A stretch of DNA of 63,428 bases, the filler included. It is 6 parts of 6 records of this genome, joined end to end, with 100 filler letters (N's around TTAATTAATTAA, not from the genome) between each part and the next. Parts side by side here need not be neighbours in the genome. Positions count along the whole stretch, not along the records: positions 1 to 10,926 come from SRR20825019_1730; 5 more parts are not named here. The stretch is one strand, 5' to 3'. Positions 1 to 8,956 of this stretch are shown here, one piece after another. Below the pieces are notes generated by a model. That model was given only the letters and a program-made list of their open reading frames with translations. It did no database searches and had not been told where the DNA came from. The translations under genes and the position numbers were made by a program. The first letter of the stretch is position 1, and each line of letters opens with the position of its first letter.

Positions 1-27
1 GGCTCGGCGGGGACGCCTCGCCCTACC
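1..27 (-). repeat. GTAG-type REP-like palindrome
   Basis: Minus strand reads GGTAGGGCGAGGCGTCCCCGCCGAGCC: GTAG tetranucleotide followed by an imperfect GC-rich hairpin, just downstream of the nagA-like stop. Confidence 0.6.
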
Positions 28-54
28 TCGATCTTCGTGTCCTCTTCTAAAATT

Positions 55-993
55 CTACATCCCCAGGCTCGCCGCGACCCGGATCGAACAAGCTTCGCGG
101 GCTTCGGCTTCGGTCCAGCCGAGGTAGCTGCAGATATTCTCAATGCCTTTGTCCATCGTGAGCGAGGAGCCGGCAAAGTTGGGTTTGCCCGGTTCCCGCA
201 CCACGCCATCGGCGCCCACATCAACATCGAATCGTCCGATCCGGAAACGCCCCTGCCCGGCACCGGCCGCCGACATGCAATCGGTCGTGAAGATGACCTT
301 ATCGCGTGGCTTGGCTCTCACCATGCTCTTCAGCACCGGACCCGGGATGTGAATTCCATCGGGAATGAATGAGCCGATCAATTCATCACGTGCGAGCTGA
401 CGCTGCATCGCATTGTCGTGCCGGGGCATATTCACCGGAATACCATTACCCAAGTGGGTGCACATCGTCATGCCCGCTTTGATCGCTTCATCAATTTGCT
501 CGTCGTTGGCATCGGAGTGACCGATCGCCGCCACCACGTTGTTCGTCGTAATATGGCGGATAAATTCGGAGGAGTTGGGATGTTCCGGAGCGAGTGTGAT
601 TAAGCGAATCTTCCCGTTGGCCGCTTCCTGCAGGAGTTTAAATTCCCCGATATCCGGGTCCTTCATCAGCTCCGGATCATGGGCACCGTGAAATCCTGGT
701 AACGGACTCATGTAAGGACCTTCGATGTGGTAGCCGACTATCATCCGCGCGAGCTTTGGATCAGCGGCACAGAGCTTTTCGATGTTAGCCAGTTTGGCGC
801 AGAGTGAATCGATCCGGTCCGTAATCAGGGTGAACAGAATCCGGTCCGTGTCATGTGCCAGCAACCCGTCAACCGCTTGGGTCAACATCGCGTGATCGAT
901 ATCAGGCTGTTGAAAGTCAATGCCGTTGAAGCCGTTGACCTGCAGATCAAAGAGGCCGGTGTATGGCGCGTTGGGATCGGTGAGGTTTTTCAT
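55..993 (-). CDS. nagA: N-acetylglucosamine-6-phosphate deacetylase family amidohydrolase
   Basis: Motifs DLQVNG, GYHIEGPY, ITLAPE, IGHS, THLGNG, IPDGIH, TDC, AGS. Start placed at ATG 993 (MKNL) because the longer ORF start lies inside a REP element. Confidence 0.85.
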   Translation of the reverse strand: MKNLTDPNAPYTGLFDLQVNGFNGIDFQQPDIDHAMLTQAVDGLLAHDTDRILFTLITDRIDSLCAKLANIEKLCAADPKLARMIVGYHIEGPYMSPLPGFHGAHDPELMKDPDIGEFKLLQEAANGKIRLITLAPEHPNSSEFIRHITTNNVVAAIGHSDANDEQIDEAIKAGMTMCTHLGNGIPVNMPRHDNAMQRQLARDELIGSFIPDGIHIPGPVLKSMVRAKPRDKVIFTTDCMSAAGAGQGRFRIGRFDVDVGADGVVREPGKPNFAGSSLTMDKGIENICSYLGWTEAEAREACSIRVAASLGM

Positions 994-1023
994 AACGCAG
1001 TGATTCGAAAAAGAGGAAAAAAA

Positions 1024-1084
1024 CGGGCGCGGGCGAGCCACGCTCCTACAGATTGGCCGTAGGGGCGTGCCTTGAGCACGCCCG
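1024..1084. repeat. Inverted pair of GTAG REP elements (REPIN-like)
   Basis: 1024-1049 reverse complement GTAGGAGCGTGGCTCGCCCGCGCCCG vs 1059-1084 GTAGGGGCGTGCCTTGAGCACGCCCG; intergenic. Confidence 0.7.
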
Positions 1085-1119
1085 AATAGGAGTCATGATT
1101 AGGATTCATTTCCATCTGA

Positions 1120-1884
1120 TTAAAATCCCATGCTCACGCCACCATCGACAGGAATGATGGTGCCGGTGATAAATTTCGCCGCCGGTGAGCTGAGAAAGGC
1201 CACCGACCAACCGATATCCTCCGTATCGCCCAAACAGCCCAAGGGCGTGCGGCCGAGAATCTTTTCCTTGCGAGCCGGATCACCGGCGAAAGCCTTTTGC
1301 GTCATCGCGGTATCAAACCAGCCGGGTGCAATCGCATTGACGCGAATACCATCAGCCCCCCACTCCACCGCCATCGCGCGCACGGCACCCGTGATCGCCG
1401 ATTTAGCGACCGAGTAAGCCGAAACCCAGGGGATCCCCATCAACGCCGCCATCGAGCTAATAAAGACCACCGAACCATTACCCGCTTCCTTGAGTTGCGG
1501 ATGCAGGGCCCGCGACAGGGCAAGCCCACCGACGACATTGGTTTGAAACACATTCAACAACTCCTCTTCGGTCGTTTCGGTAAAAGGCTTCTTCATGTTG
1601 ATGCCCGCGTTGTTCACGAGGATCCCAATCGGACCATGTTGTTCACGTAAACTGGCCGCGATTGCCGGCATTGAGGCGGTATCATTCACATCCATGACTT
1701 GGGCCGACGCGAGCTCACCTATTTCCGCGACCGCCGCTTCCAGCGGTTCTACCCGGCGTCCACCAAGCACGACTTTCGCGCCGCTGGCGGCGAGGCATTT
1801 GGCGACCGCCAGACCGATACCGGTGCCGCCACCAGTGATTAAAGCCGTGCGACCGGCGAGAGAATAGGCTGAAGGAGTTTTCAT
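1120..1884 (-). CDS. Short-chain dehydrogenase/reductase (gluconate 5-dehydrogenase/KduD-like)
   Basis: TGGGTGIG, NNAG, YSVAK (YxxxK), IRVNAIAPG, VDGG motifs. Confidence 0.9.
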   Translation of the reverse strand: MKTPSAYSLAGRTALITGGGTGIGLAVAKCLAASGAKVVLGGRRVEPLEAAVAEIGELASAQVMDVNDTASMPAIAASLREQHGPIGILVNNAGINMKKPFTETTEEELLNVFQTNVVGGLALSRALHPQLKEAGNGSVVFISSMAALMGIPWVSAYSVAKSAITGAVRAMAVEWGADGIRVNAIAPGWFDTAMTQKAFAGDPARKEKILGRTPLGCLGDTEDIGWSVAFLSSPAAKFITGTIIPVDGGVSMGF

Positions 1885-1916
1885 GAGAGTGATTCGAAAA
1901 GGCGTCAGTGAATTGG

Positions 1917-1940
1917 GTAGCTACGAGCGTGAGCGAGTGG
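1917..1940 (+). repeat. GTAG-type REP-like element
   Basis: GTAGCTACGAGCGTGAGCGAGTGG abutting the uxuA stop codon. Confidence 0.45.
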
Positions 1941-3026
1941 TCACGGAGATTCGGTGGTTTCGCGTTCCACCGTTTGCAAAGCAGAGCGCATGTAACCGAG
2001 AGCAAAGGCCATTCCGGCGTGCCACGGAGCGGAGCAACTCATCTGGGGGGCGTGATCTGGAATCAACACACCTTGGAAGTTGTTACGTTTAAGAATGCGC
2101 ACGATCCGTAACATATCGATTTCGCCATCGTCCACAAAGGTCTCTTTGTAATGCGGCACTTTGCCACGCACGTTGCGGAAGTGCACATAGCCGATTTTCT
2201 GCTGCTGCGCGTAGCTCTCGGTGCATTCGTAAATATCGCCCTCGGTCATCTCGGCAAGCGAACCGAGACAGTATTCGAGTTGGTTCGAGGGACTCGGCAC
2301 CAGATCGATCAGCTTCTGATAAAGCTGCGGCTGATAAACCAAGCGCGGGGTCGAACGGATCGTCGGCATCGGTGGATCATCGGGATGCGCCGCCAAGGCG
2401 ACTCCGCTTTCTTCGGCGACCGGAAGGATCGCTTCGAGAAAATCCTGAAGACGTTTCCAGAGCTGTTCATGCGTGCAGGTCGGCATGGTGCCGGGCCCGA
2501 GCTGATCGCGCAGGCGCATGTTCCAGACCATGCCTTCCGAGATCGGATCATCAACCGGCCCTTCCATGCCAACGGCCTCCGCGTCACCACGAGCGTAAGT
2601 GCCACGGGTGCGTCCCGCCACCCCGGCCAGACTGAAATTATAGCCCATGCAGGGAATCCCCGCCGCCCCGATCCGGCGAATCATGGTTTTGATATTCTCC
2701 AACTGCTCGGCTTTGCGCGGCCCGTCGAGCAGCACATCCGACCAGTGCGCGGGATCGAAATTTTCAATCGCCGCTACCTCCAATCCGTGAGTCTTCGCGC
2801 GGCGCACCACATCTTCCAGATAATCCTGTTCCCAGAGTTGATCCGGATCACCCGCGCGCCCCCAACCATCGAGATCGCCGGTAGGCTGGTCGCCGGGTTG
2901 GTTGTTATCACCCTGCTTAAAGTAATCGACCAAATGAATCACGATCGCCTCACAACCCGCCTGGGCCGCGAAACGGAAATGCTCGTCGTTGAGTTGGTGG
3001 CGGTAGAGTCCGAGTCCGAGTTTCAT
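1941..3026 (-). CDS. uxuA: Mannonate dehydratase (UxuA family)
   Basis: AIENF, MGYNF, LAAHPDDPP, YCLGS, YVHFRNV, ETFVDDG, IPDHAP, FALGYM motifs. Confidence 0.88.
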   Translation of the reverse strand: MKLGLGLYRHQLNDEHFRFAAQAGCEAIVIHLVDYFKQGDNNQPGDQPTGDLDGWGRAGDPDQLWEQDYLEDVVRRAKTHGLEVAAIENFDPAHWSDVLLDGPRKAEQLENIKTMIRRIGAAGIPCMGYNFSLAGVAGRTRGTYARGDAEAVGMEGPVDDPISEGMVWNMRLRDQLGPGTMPTCTHEQLWKRLQDFLEAILPVAEESGVALAAHPDDPPMPTIRSTPRLVYQPQLYQKLIDLVPSPSNQLEYCLGSLAEMTEGDIYECTESYAQQQKIGYVHFRNVRGKVPHYKETFVDDGEIDMLRIVRILKRNNFQGVLIPDHAPQMSCSAPWHAGMAFALGYMRSALQTVERETTESP

Positions 3027-3035
3027 GCGTAGGCC

Positions 3036-4289
3036 TTACTGTTTACGTCCACGCGACTCTAGCAATTCGATTTGCAGCATGAGCGCTCGCGGCAGGTGGA
3101 ATGGATCCTTTACCGGAAGAGCCACTACTTGGGTGAAAGGCTTTAAGTCACGATCCAACTTTTGCCGCCATTCGCCGTTATCCCAATCCACGTAGTAATC
3201 GAGGCAGAGTTTCCAAAGCTGATCATACCAATCGAAATAGGTTGGGTCGCCGGTCTCCAATCCGCCGAGCAGCATCGCATAAAGGGCCTCGGTCTGCGGC
3301 CACCATAACTTCGACTCCGGCAGTCCCCAGCCCACATCCTTGCGGCCATGGCGATCGATCGCCAGCAGCAGACCGCCATACTCTTTGTCCCAACCCAAAT
3401 CCATGTGACGCAGCATTAAGCGCAAGGTTTGATCGCGAGGCGCCTCCTTCCAATGGGTCTGCTCGAAAACATGCCATTGAAACCACATATCCTCGATGGC
3501 ATGGCCGGGCACGGTCACCGCTCCTTCCGGTCTGTCGTAATCGGTTCCATCCAGTTTGACGAATTCGATTATCCGATCATCAGCCGCCTTATAGTGGTCT
3601 CGATAAACTGCTTCGGACAGACGCTTCGCTTCCTCCAAGTAGCGCGTCTCATTGAGAATCGTGCCCAGATCCGCAAATGTGAGCGACCAGATCATCGGAA
3701 TCCCATGCGGCTTCGTGCCCACCGGAATCCCGTAGGGAAAATGCGGAATCCCATCGTAGGGTTGTTTGAGTTTTTCCAACGCCGCGTCCGCAGTCTTGAC
3801 CGCCCAATCGCGATATTTCGCCTCGCCTGTCGCCTTGAATAGTTCCGCCAGTCCGTAAACCGCAAAGCCATCGGTATAAATGCTCTCATTCCGGCGCAGC
3901 ACCTGACCATCCTGCGCAAGCAGCAGTGCCCAGCTCTGCTCTGCTTCGAGCCAACCATGCTCCAAACAAAAGTCCGCAATCTGTTTCGCATAAGCCAACC
4001 ACTTGGGATCGCGATCAAGCGTGTTGTAAATCCGAGAATAGACCCACACCGCGCGCCACTGGCTCCACAACCACTTCTCCGTGCTCTGCACCGCCCCCTG
4101 ATCATCGATACAGGTCAGAATACCTCCCTGCGGATCCATTCCGTGCTTTTCCCAAAATGGGAGCACATGCTCAAACAGATGCCCACGCAGCCAGGTGCAA
4201 AGCGATTGTTCGTCGCCGGATCGCAGACCTAGCAAGGCCGCTTCCAAAGTTTGACGGGAGGCCACCGGATCAGAGTGATTCATATCCAC
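3036..4289 (-). CDS. AGE-family epimerase (N-acylglucosamine 2-epimerase-like)
   Basis: VLPFW, GGILTC, KWLWSQWR, PGHAIEDMWF, KLWWPQTEALY, GEW, KDPFHLPR motifs; start may be 4283. Confidence 0.88.
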   Translation of the reverse strand: MDMNHSDPVASRQTLEAALLGLRSGDEQSLCTWLRGHLFEHVLPFWEKHGMDPQGGILTCIDDQGAVQSTEKWLWSQWRAVWVYSRIYNTLDRDPKWLAYAKQIADFCLEHGWLEAEQSWALLLAQDGQVLRRNESIYTDGFAVYGLAELFKATGEAKYRDWAVKTADAALEKLKQPYDGIPHFPYGIPVGTKPHGIPMIWSLTFADLGTILNETRYLEEAKRLSEAVYRDHYKAADDRIIEFVKLDGTDYDRPEGAVTVPGHAIEDMWFQWHVFEQTHWKEAPRDQTLRLMLRHMDLGWDKEYGGLLLAIDRHGRKDVGWGLPESKLWWPQTEALYAMLLGGLETGDPTYFDWYDQLWKLCLDYYVDWDNGEWRQKLDRDLKPFTQVVALPVKDPFHLPRALMLQIELLESRGRKQ

Positions 4290-4326
4290 ACTTTCAATCG
4301 GATGCGGAAGACAGAGCGAGTCATAA

Positions 4327-4487
4327 TCTGGAAGCGGAACTGTGAGGCACGGAAGTTTTCAATGTGGAAAGCAGGAAAGCAGGAACGGATCCGCCGTCGC
4401 TCCGGTGGAGCTACGGCGCGACAAGGCCGAGAGGCACGGTTCGGAGTGGTCGTTTTGGGCATTTTCCTGATTTCCAGCTTTCCACAT
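4327..4487. repeat. Intergenic long inverted-repeat element, copy 1 (with nested 36-nt insertion)
   Basis: Arms ATGTGGAAAGCAGGAAAGCAGGAA (4362-4385) and TTCCTGATTTCCAGCTTTCCACAT (4464-4487), 22/24 complementary; aligns with the element starting at 5802. Confidence 0.8.
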
Positions 4488-4545
4488 CAAAATAATCCTG
4501 CCTCACCGAGACATGCCAAACTGCTTCGCCGCGGTCGTCGCGAGA

Positions 4546-5730
4546 CTACGACCGCTTATTCAGCAATCCCCGATAAACCTTCACCGCCAACGCCAACTGT
4601 TCCCGGCTCACCCATTCATCCTTGCGGTGTGCCTGCGCCAAATCGCCGGGGCCAATCACAATCGTGGGAGCCCCCGCGGCATCGTAGAAACTCGCATCGG
4701 TCACGTAGGGTTCGCCGCGCGGCGTCGCCTCGATGCCCTGTTGGAGCAATACGGGAGCGAGCAACTCCAGGATTTTATCCGTGCCCGCATCACTCATCGC
4801 GGGCACCACATGCAAATCAGTGTGCTCCACTTCGAGTCCTTCCAAAATCGCATCGCGATCCTTCAAAATCTGTTCTGCGGATTCACCCGGCACGGTGCGT
4901 CGGTCGCATTCGATTTCACAGGCTTCGGGAATAATATTCACCTGGGTGCCCCCACGCACCACATTGATGCTGAACGCGGCCTTGCCCGTGAGCGGATTGC
5001 TTTTCGTCACCGTCGGCGCGTAGCGCGATTCGAGTGCGTCAATCACGCGGACCATCGTGGAAATCGCCGATTCCCCATTCGAAGGGTCCGCCGAATGGGC
5101 GGCCACGCCTTTGGTTTTCGTCGTCCAACGCATCACGCCATTGTGTGCCACGACCGGACGCATCAACGTCGGCTCGCCCACCACGATGCCGATCAGATTC
5201 GGCAACAATTCCTTGAGCGCACCACTCGAAAAAGCCTGCGCACCGGTCATCTGCGCTTCCTCGTCCAAGGCGAACAGCAGCCCCACATTGTAGGCACGTT
5301 CTTCCTGCTGCGCGTAATCACGCAAGGCCCAGAACATCGCCGCTCCCGAGCCTTTCGTATCACAGGTCCCCCGACCATAGAGACGATCCCCATCGGCTTT
5401 CACCCGCAGCGGATCGACGGTCATACCGGCGATACTCACCGTATCGACATGACTCTCAAACAGGATCCAGGGCGCCTCGGCAGAAGCCTCGCAAGTCAGC
5501 AACAGATTCTCTCCTCCACCTTCCACGGGCAGACGGCGTGACGACAATCCCCACGCCTGACCCAGTTTTTCGAGATGAGCAATCAGAGCGGCTTCGCCAC
5601 CTTCGGGGCCACCGAAATTTTGGTTCACCGTTTCAAACGAAACCGTCTGCGCAAGCAATTCCTCGCACGATTGAGGAAGGGGGAAATCTGAAGAGGACTT
5701 CATAGGTGTATCAGTGTTCGATGGGGCCAA
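4546..5730 (-). CDS. M20 family metallopeptidase/deacylase (ArgE/DapE-like)
   Basis: SHVDTV, YGRGTCDTKG, DEE, GEPT, AHS, NIIP, TDA, GPGDLAQAH motifs; true start may be 5703. Confidence 0.88.
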   Translation of the reverse strand: MAPSNTDTPMKSSSDFPLPQSCEELLAQTVSFETVNQNFGGPEGGEAALIAHLEKLGQAWGLSSRRLPVEGGGENLLLTCEASAEAPWILFESHVDTVSIAGMTVDPLRVKADGDRLYGRGTCDTKGSGAAMFWALRDYAQQEERAYNVGLLFALDEEAQMTGAQAFSSGALKELLPNLIGIVVGEPTLMRPVVAHNGVMRWTTKTKGVAAHSADPSNGESAISTMVRVIDALESRYAPTVTKSNPLTGKAAFSINVVRGGTQVNIIPEACEIECDRRTVPGESAEQILKDRDAILEGLEVEHTDLHVVPAMSDAGTDKILELLAPVLLQQGIEATPRGEPYVTDASFYDAAGAPTIVIGPGDLAQAHRKDEWVSREQLALAVKVYRGLLNKRS

Positions 5731-5790
5731 ATGCTCAATAATTAATCTGGCCGTTCGGCAGGGGCTCAGGCCCAGAGCAGAGTCGAAGCG

Positions 5791-6036
5791 AACTCATGAG
5801 CTCTGGAAACGGAGCTGTGAGGCATGGAGTTATCAATGTGGAAAGCTGGAAAGCAGGAACGGAACCGAGAGGCATCGTTAAAAGCAATTCTCCTAGGTAT
5901 TTTTCTGATTTCCTGATTTCCACATTTTTAATCTGAGGCTGTGATTGTCCGAGATCCGATTTCAGAGTTCATGAGTTCCAGATTAAGACCCTCTGTGCCC
6001 CTAAGCTCTGTTTTCAGCCTTCCAGCTTTCCACATT
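5791..6036. repeat. Intergenic long inverted-repeat element, copy 2 (multi-arm)
   Basis: Left arm AATGTGGAAAGCTGGAAAGCAGGAA (~5835-5859) with right arms at ~5902-5926 and ~6011-6036, plus an outer pair AACTCATGAGCTCTGGAA (5791) / TTCAGAGTTCATGAGTT (5961). Confidence 0.8.
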
Positions 6037-6063
6037 AAAACAGCTTTGCCTCTCCGCTCCACA

Positions 6064-7110
6064 TCACGCCAGCCACGTATCCAAGTTTTCAGCGACAAAG
6101 GCGTCGTCGATCAACTCGGGATAGGCTTGGCAGACGCGATCCAGCTCTTCGGCTTGACCGGGTGAAAGCACCTCGTGCGGATTGAGACAATTGATCGTGG
6201 GCACCAAACCCTGGCGACGAAGCACTTCGAGAATCCCCGGAATGCAGCCCGCAAATTTATTGGCGGAATCAAAGAGGGCCGCATTCATATCGGTGACGGC
6301 AATGTTCGTATCGAGCCACTGCTTATCAAGCGTGCTGCTCTCCCGGGCGGCCTTGATGTCCTCAAGCAGTTTGACGGAAGCATGAGTCCAGACGCCCCAG
6401 TGTCCCAACAGACCGCCTTCGATCCGGCGGGTCACTTTCTTCCCGTCCACATCGAAGGTAAACGGTGTGAGCAGATCGACCACGATGTTGTCGTCGTTGC
6501 CGGTGTAGAGAATGATATCGTCGCGTCCGCTTTCCGTGATCGCCCGAACCACATCGATGGTTTGATAGCGGTTAAAGGGAGCCATCTTGATCGCAATGAC
6601 GTTGGGAATCTCGGCAAACTTGCGCCAAAAACTGTAGCCCAATAGACGACCGCCCACGGACGGTTGCAGGTAAAACCCGATCACGGGAATCACTTCAGCG
6701 ACGCGGGCACAATGCGCGAGCATCTCTTCCTCAGTGTCGTCCTTGTAAGCACCCAGGCTCAACAATCCGGCTTGATAGCCGAAGCCCTTGGCGAGTTCGG
6801 CCTCCGCAATCGCCTGTTCAGTGCGGCCGCAAAGTCCGGTGATTTTGATGAAGGGACGCGGATTTTTCGCGAGTTCCTCATCAATGGTCTGCGACGCGAG
6901 TTCGAGCACCGGTTTGAACAGACCGTGCTGAGGTTCACGAATTTCAAACTGCGTGGAATGCACGCCAACGGCGAGACCACCCACGCCGGATGCGACGTAG
7001 TAACGGGTAATCGCACGCTGGTGCTTCTCGGACAGTTTACGTTGCTCATCGAGCGCCAGTGGTTGTGCGGGGATGACATATCCCTCTTGAAGATGTTTAC
7101 GAAGATCCAT
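6064..7110 (-). CDS. Dihydrodipicolinate synthase / N-acetylneuraminate lyase family class I aldolase
   Basis: VIPA-PLA, GLAVGVHSTQF, FYLQ, IAIKMAPF (Schiff-base Lys), YTGNDD motifs. Confidence 0.8.
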   Translation of the reverse strand: MDLRKHLQEGYVIPAQPLALDEQRKLSEKHQRAITRYYVASGVGGLAVGVHSTQFEIREPQHGLFKPVLELASQTIDEELAKNPRPFIKITGLCGRTEQAIAEAELAKGFGYQAGLLSLGAYKDDTEEEMLAHCARVAEVIPVIGFYLQPSVGGRLLGYSFWRKFAEIPNVIAIKMAPFNRYQTIDVVRAITESGRDDIILYTGNDDNIVVDLLTPFTFDVDGKKVTRRIEGGLLGHWGVWTHASVKLLEDIKAARESSTLDKQWLDTNIAVTDMNAALFDSANKFAGCIPGILEVLRRQGLVPTINCLNPHEVLSPGQAEELDRVCQAYPELIDDAFVAENLDTWLA

Positions 7111-7112
7111 GA

Positions 7113-8144
7113 TTAAAATTTCCCGTCGCGTGATTCGAAGTGAGTGGGTTTGCCGAGCAGTTTACCACCGCCCTGAAGGTGATCGGCCACCATCTTCATG
7201 ATGGTTTCAAGCGAAGTGGTCACCGGACCGAAGAGACGCATCGATTCGCTCGCGTCGGCAATCCAGGCTGATTCCGCTTCCGAGCCGGCGATAACCGGAG
7301 TCTTGCCGAACAGTTTGCCGAAATCCTCGGCCACCTGACGGATGGAAATTTTCTCCGCCCCCGTGATATTGAGAATTTTCGGAGGACTCGCCACATGCTG
7401 CCAGCATTGGATCGCCCGAGCGCAGGCATCTCCCTGCCAGATCAGATTAAACGAACCCATCGTCACATCGACTGCTTCGCCATTGAGGACCTTGGTCGCC
7501 ACATCGACGAGCACACCATAGCGCAGCTCAACCGAATAGTTCAGACGATAGATCAGCTGTTCGGTGCCATGTTGACGGGAAAAATTCGTGAAGACCCGCT
7601 CACGCCCAACGCACGTGCTGGCATACTCGCCGAGGAACGCCACCGGAGTCTCTTCGTTGGCACCGGGGCCACTGATCGGCACAAAAGGATAAACACAACC
7701 TGTCGAGAACACCACGATTCGAGACTTCGTGAACTTCCGCGCCACAATGGACGGCACGATCGTATTTTGAATCCAGGTTTCATCCGGGGCACCATCCGTG
7801 CCGAATTTCTGTCCGGCCAGATATTGCACATTGGCCACCTCGGGAAGTTTGGCCACCTGCTCCGGATCAGCCAAATCACAGGCTAAGGGAATAATCCCAA
7901 GCGCTTCCAAATCCGTCTTCGCTTCCGGACGGCTGAAACGCGATACTCCATAGACCTTGGCCTTTTTCCCCGCTGCATCCAACGCACGCCGAATCATCAC
8001 CGCGAGGGAGGTGCCCATCTTTCCACCGACGCCAAGCACCATATAATCGCCGTCGAGCGCTTCCACTGCCGCGATTGCACCGGGCGTAGGCTGCGAAAGC
8101 AGTTGTTCAATATCTTGGTCAGTTTGAAGAGTGGAATTAGACAT
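7113..8144 (-). CDS. NAD-dependent epimerase/dehydratase (extended SDR)
   Basis: LGVGGKMG Rossmann motif, STGCVY, RLNY, NLIWQGDA; 2 nt from the downstream aldolase gene. Confidence 0.85.
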   Translation of the reverse strand: MSNSTLQTDQDIEQLLSQPTPGAIAAVEALDGDYMVLGVGGKMGTSLAVMIRRALDAAGKKAKVYGVSRFSRPEAKTDLEALGIIPLACDLADPEQVAKLPEVANVQYLAGQKFGTDGAPDETWIQNTIVPSIVARKFTKSRIVVFSTGCVYPFVPISGPGANEETPVAFLGEYASTCVGRERVFTNFSRQHGTEQLIYRLNYSVELRYGVLVDVATKVLNGEAVDVTMGSFNLIWQGDACARAIQCWQHVASPPKILNITGAEKISIRQVAEDFGKLFGKTPVIAGSEAESAWIADASESMRLFGPVTTSLETIMKMVADHLQGGGKLLGKPTHFESRDGKF

Positions 8145-8220
8145 AGTGCAGGATTTAAGCTCAGGAATTTTCTAAGCCGGAGACTCCAATCAACGGCTCC
8201 ATCCGGCGGGGTCAAACCTC

Positions 8221-8242
8221 AAAGTAACTCTTTAGTTACTTT
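8221..8242. promoter_or_regulatory. Candidate operator palindrome upstream of the catabolic operon
   Basis: Perfect AT-rich dyad AAAGTAACT-N4-AGTTACTTT about 80 nt upstream of the 8144 start, next to the tetR stop. Confidence 0.5.
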
Positions 8243-8883
8243 TAAGCTCGCCCCGATTTGATCCCGTCCAAGAGTAACCGGGTGACGTGTTTAATCCCCT
8301 TCTCCCGCACCGACTTCGATCCCAGATCCATTCGCAAGGCCTGCGAGAGCGTATAACGGTTGGAACTATAGACGAGGCACAGGCCGATTAAACTAATCAA
8401 TAAGTGACGAGCATCCATGTCTTTCCGAATCTGTCCGGTCTTGATCCCATCGGACAGCAGACCGTTCAAGGCCCGCAACATCGGATCTTTACTCAATTTA
8501 GAGTCAGCCATCGCCAGCCCCCGACCGTCATTAAGGTTCTCCCATAAAACTAAACGCACGAATTCAGGATGAGCTTCCAAAAACGCAAAGTAAGCCCGCA
8601 CCAACTTTTCGGTCAGCGCATCAATCCCTTCAGTGTGCGAAAACGCATCCACTTCGATCACTTCCAATCCGTGATAGGCCTCAACCAAAACCGCATGATA
8701 CAGTCCCTCCTTCGATTTGAAGTAGTGGTAAACCATCCGCTTGTTGACCTTCGCGCTGGCCACAATCTCGTCGACGGTGGTTCCCCGAAACCCATTTCCG
8801 GCAAACAATTTGGTCGCGATGCGCAACAAACGCTCGCGCACCGGTTCGGTAATTTTCTGATTCGACTGTTTCGCCTTGGCCAT
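8242..8883 (-). CDS. TetR/AcrR family transcriptional regulator
   Basis: N-terminal HTH: RERLL..ATKLFA.NGF.GTTVDEI...AKVNKRMVYHYFKSKEGLY. Confidence 0.93.
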   Translation of the reverse strand: MAKAKQSNQKITEPVRERLLRIATKLFAGNGFRGTTVDEIVASAKVNKRMVYHYFKSKEGLYHAVLVEAYHGLEVIEVDAFSHTEGIDALTEKLVRAYFAFLEAHPEFVRLVLWENLNDGRGLAMADSKLSKDPMLRALNGLLSDGIKTGQIRKDMDARHLLISLIGLCLVYSSNRYTLSQALRMDLGSKSVREKGIKHVTRLLLDGIKSGRA

Positions 8884-8956
8884 CGGGTTTGTTTGCTAAC
8901 GAACAGACCTGCACTTGTCACGATGTTCTCCAATCCCTAATCCTTTCTCTATCGTT

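Noticed and set aside
2151..5541. Plus-strand ORFs 2151-3032, 4251-4934 and 4513-5541
   Set aside because: Antisense to well-supported genes or running through non-coding repeats
4327..6036. Possible CRISPR array
   Set aside because: Repeats are inverted and degenerate, with no regular repeat-spacer period and no cas genes in the window
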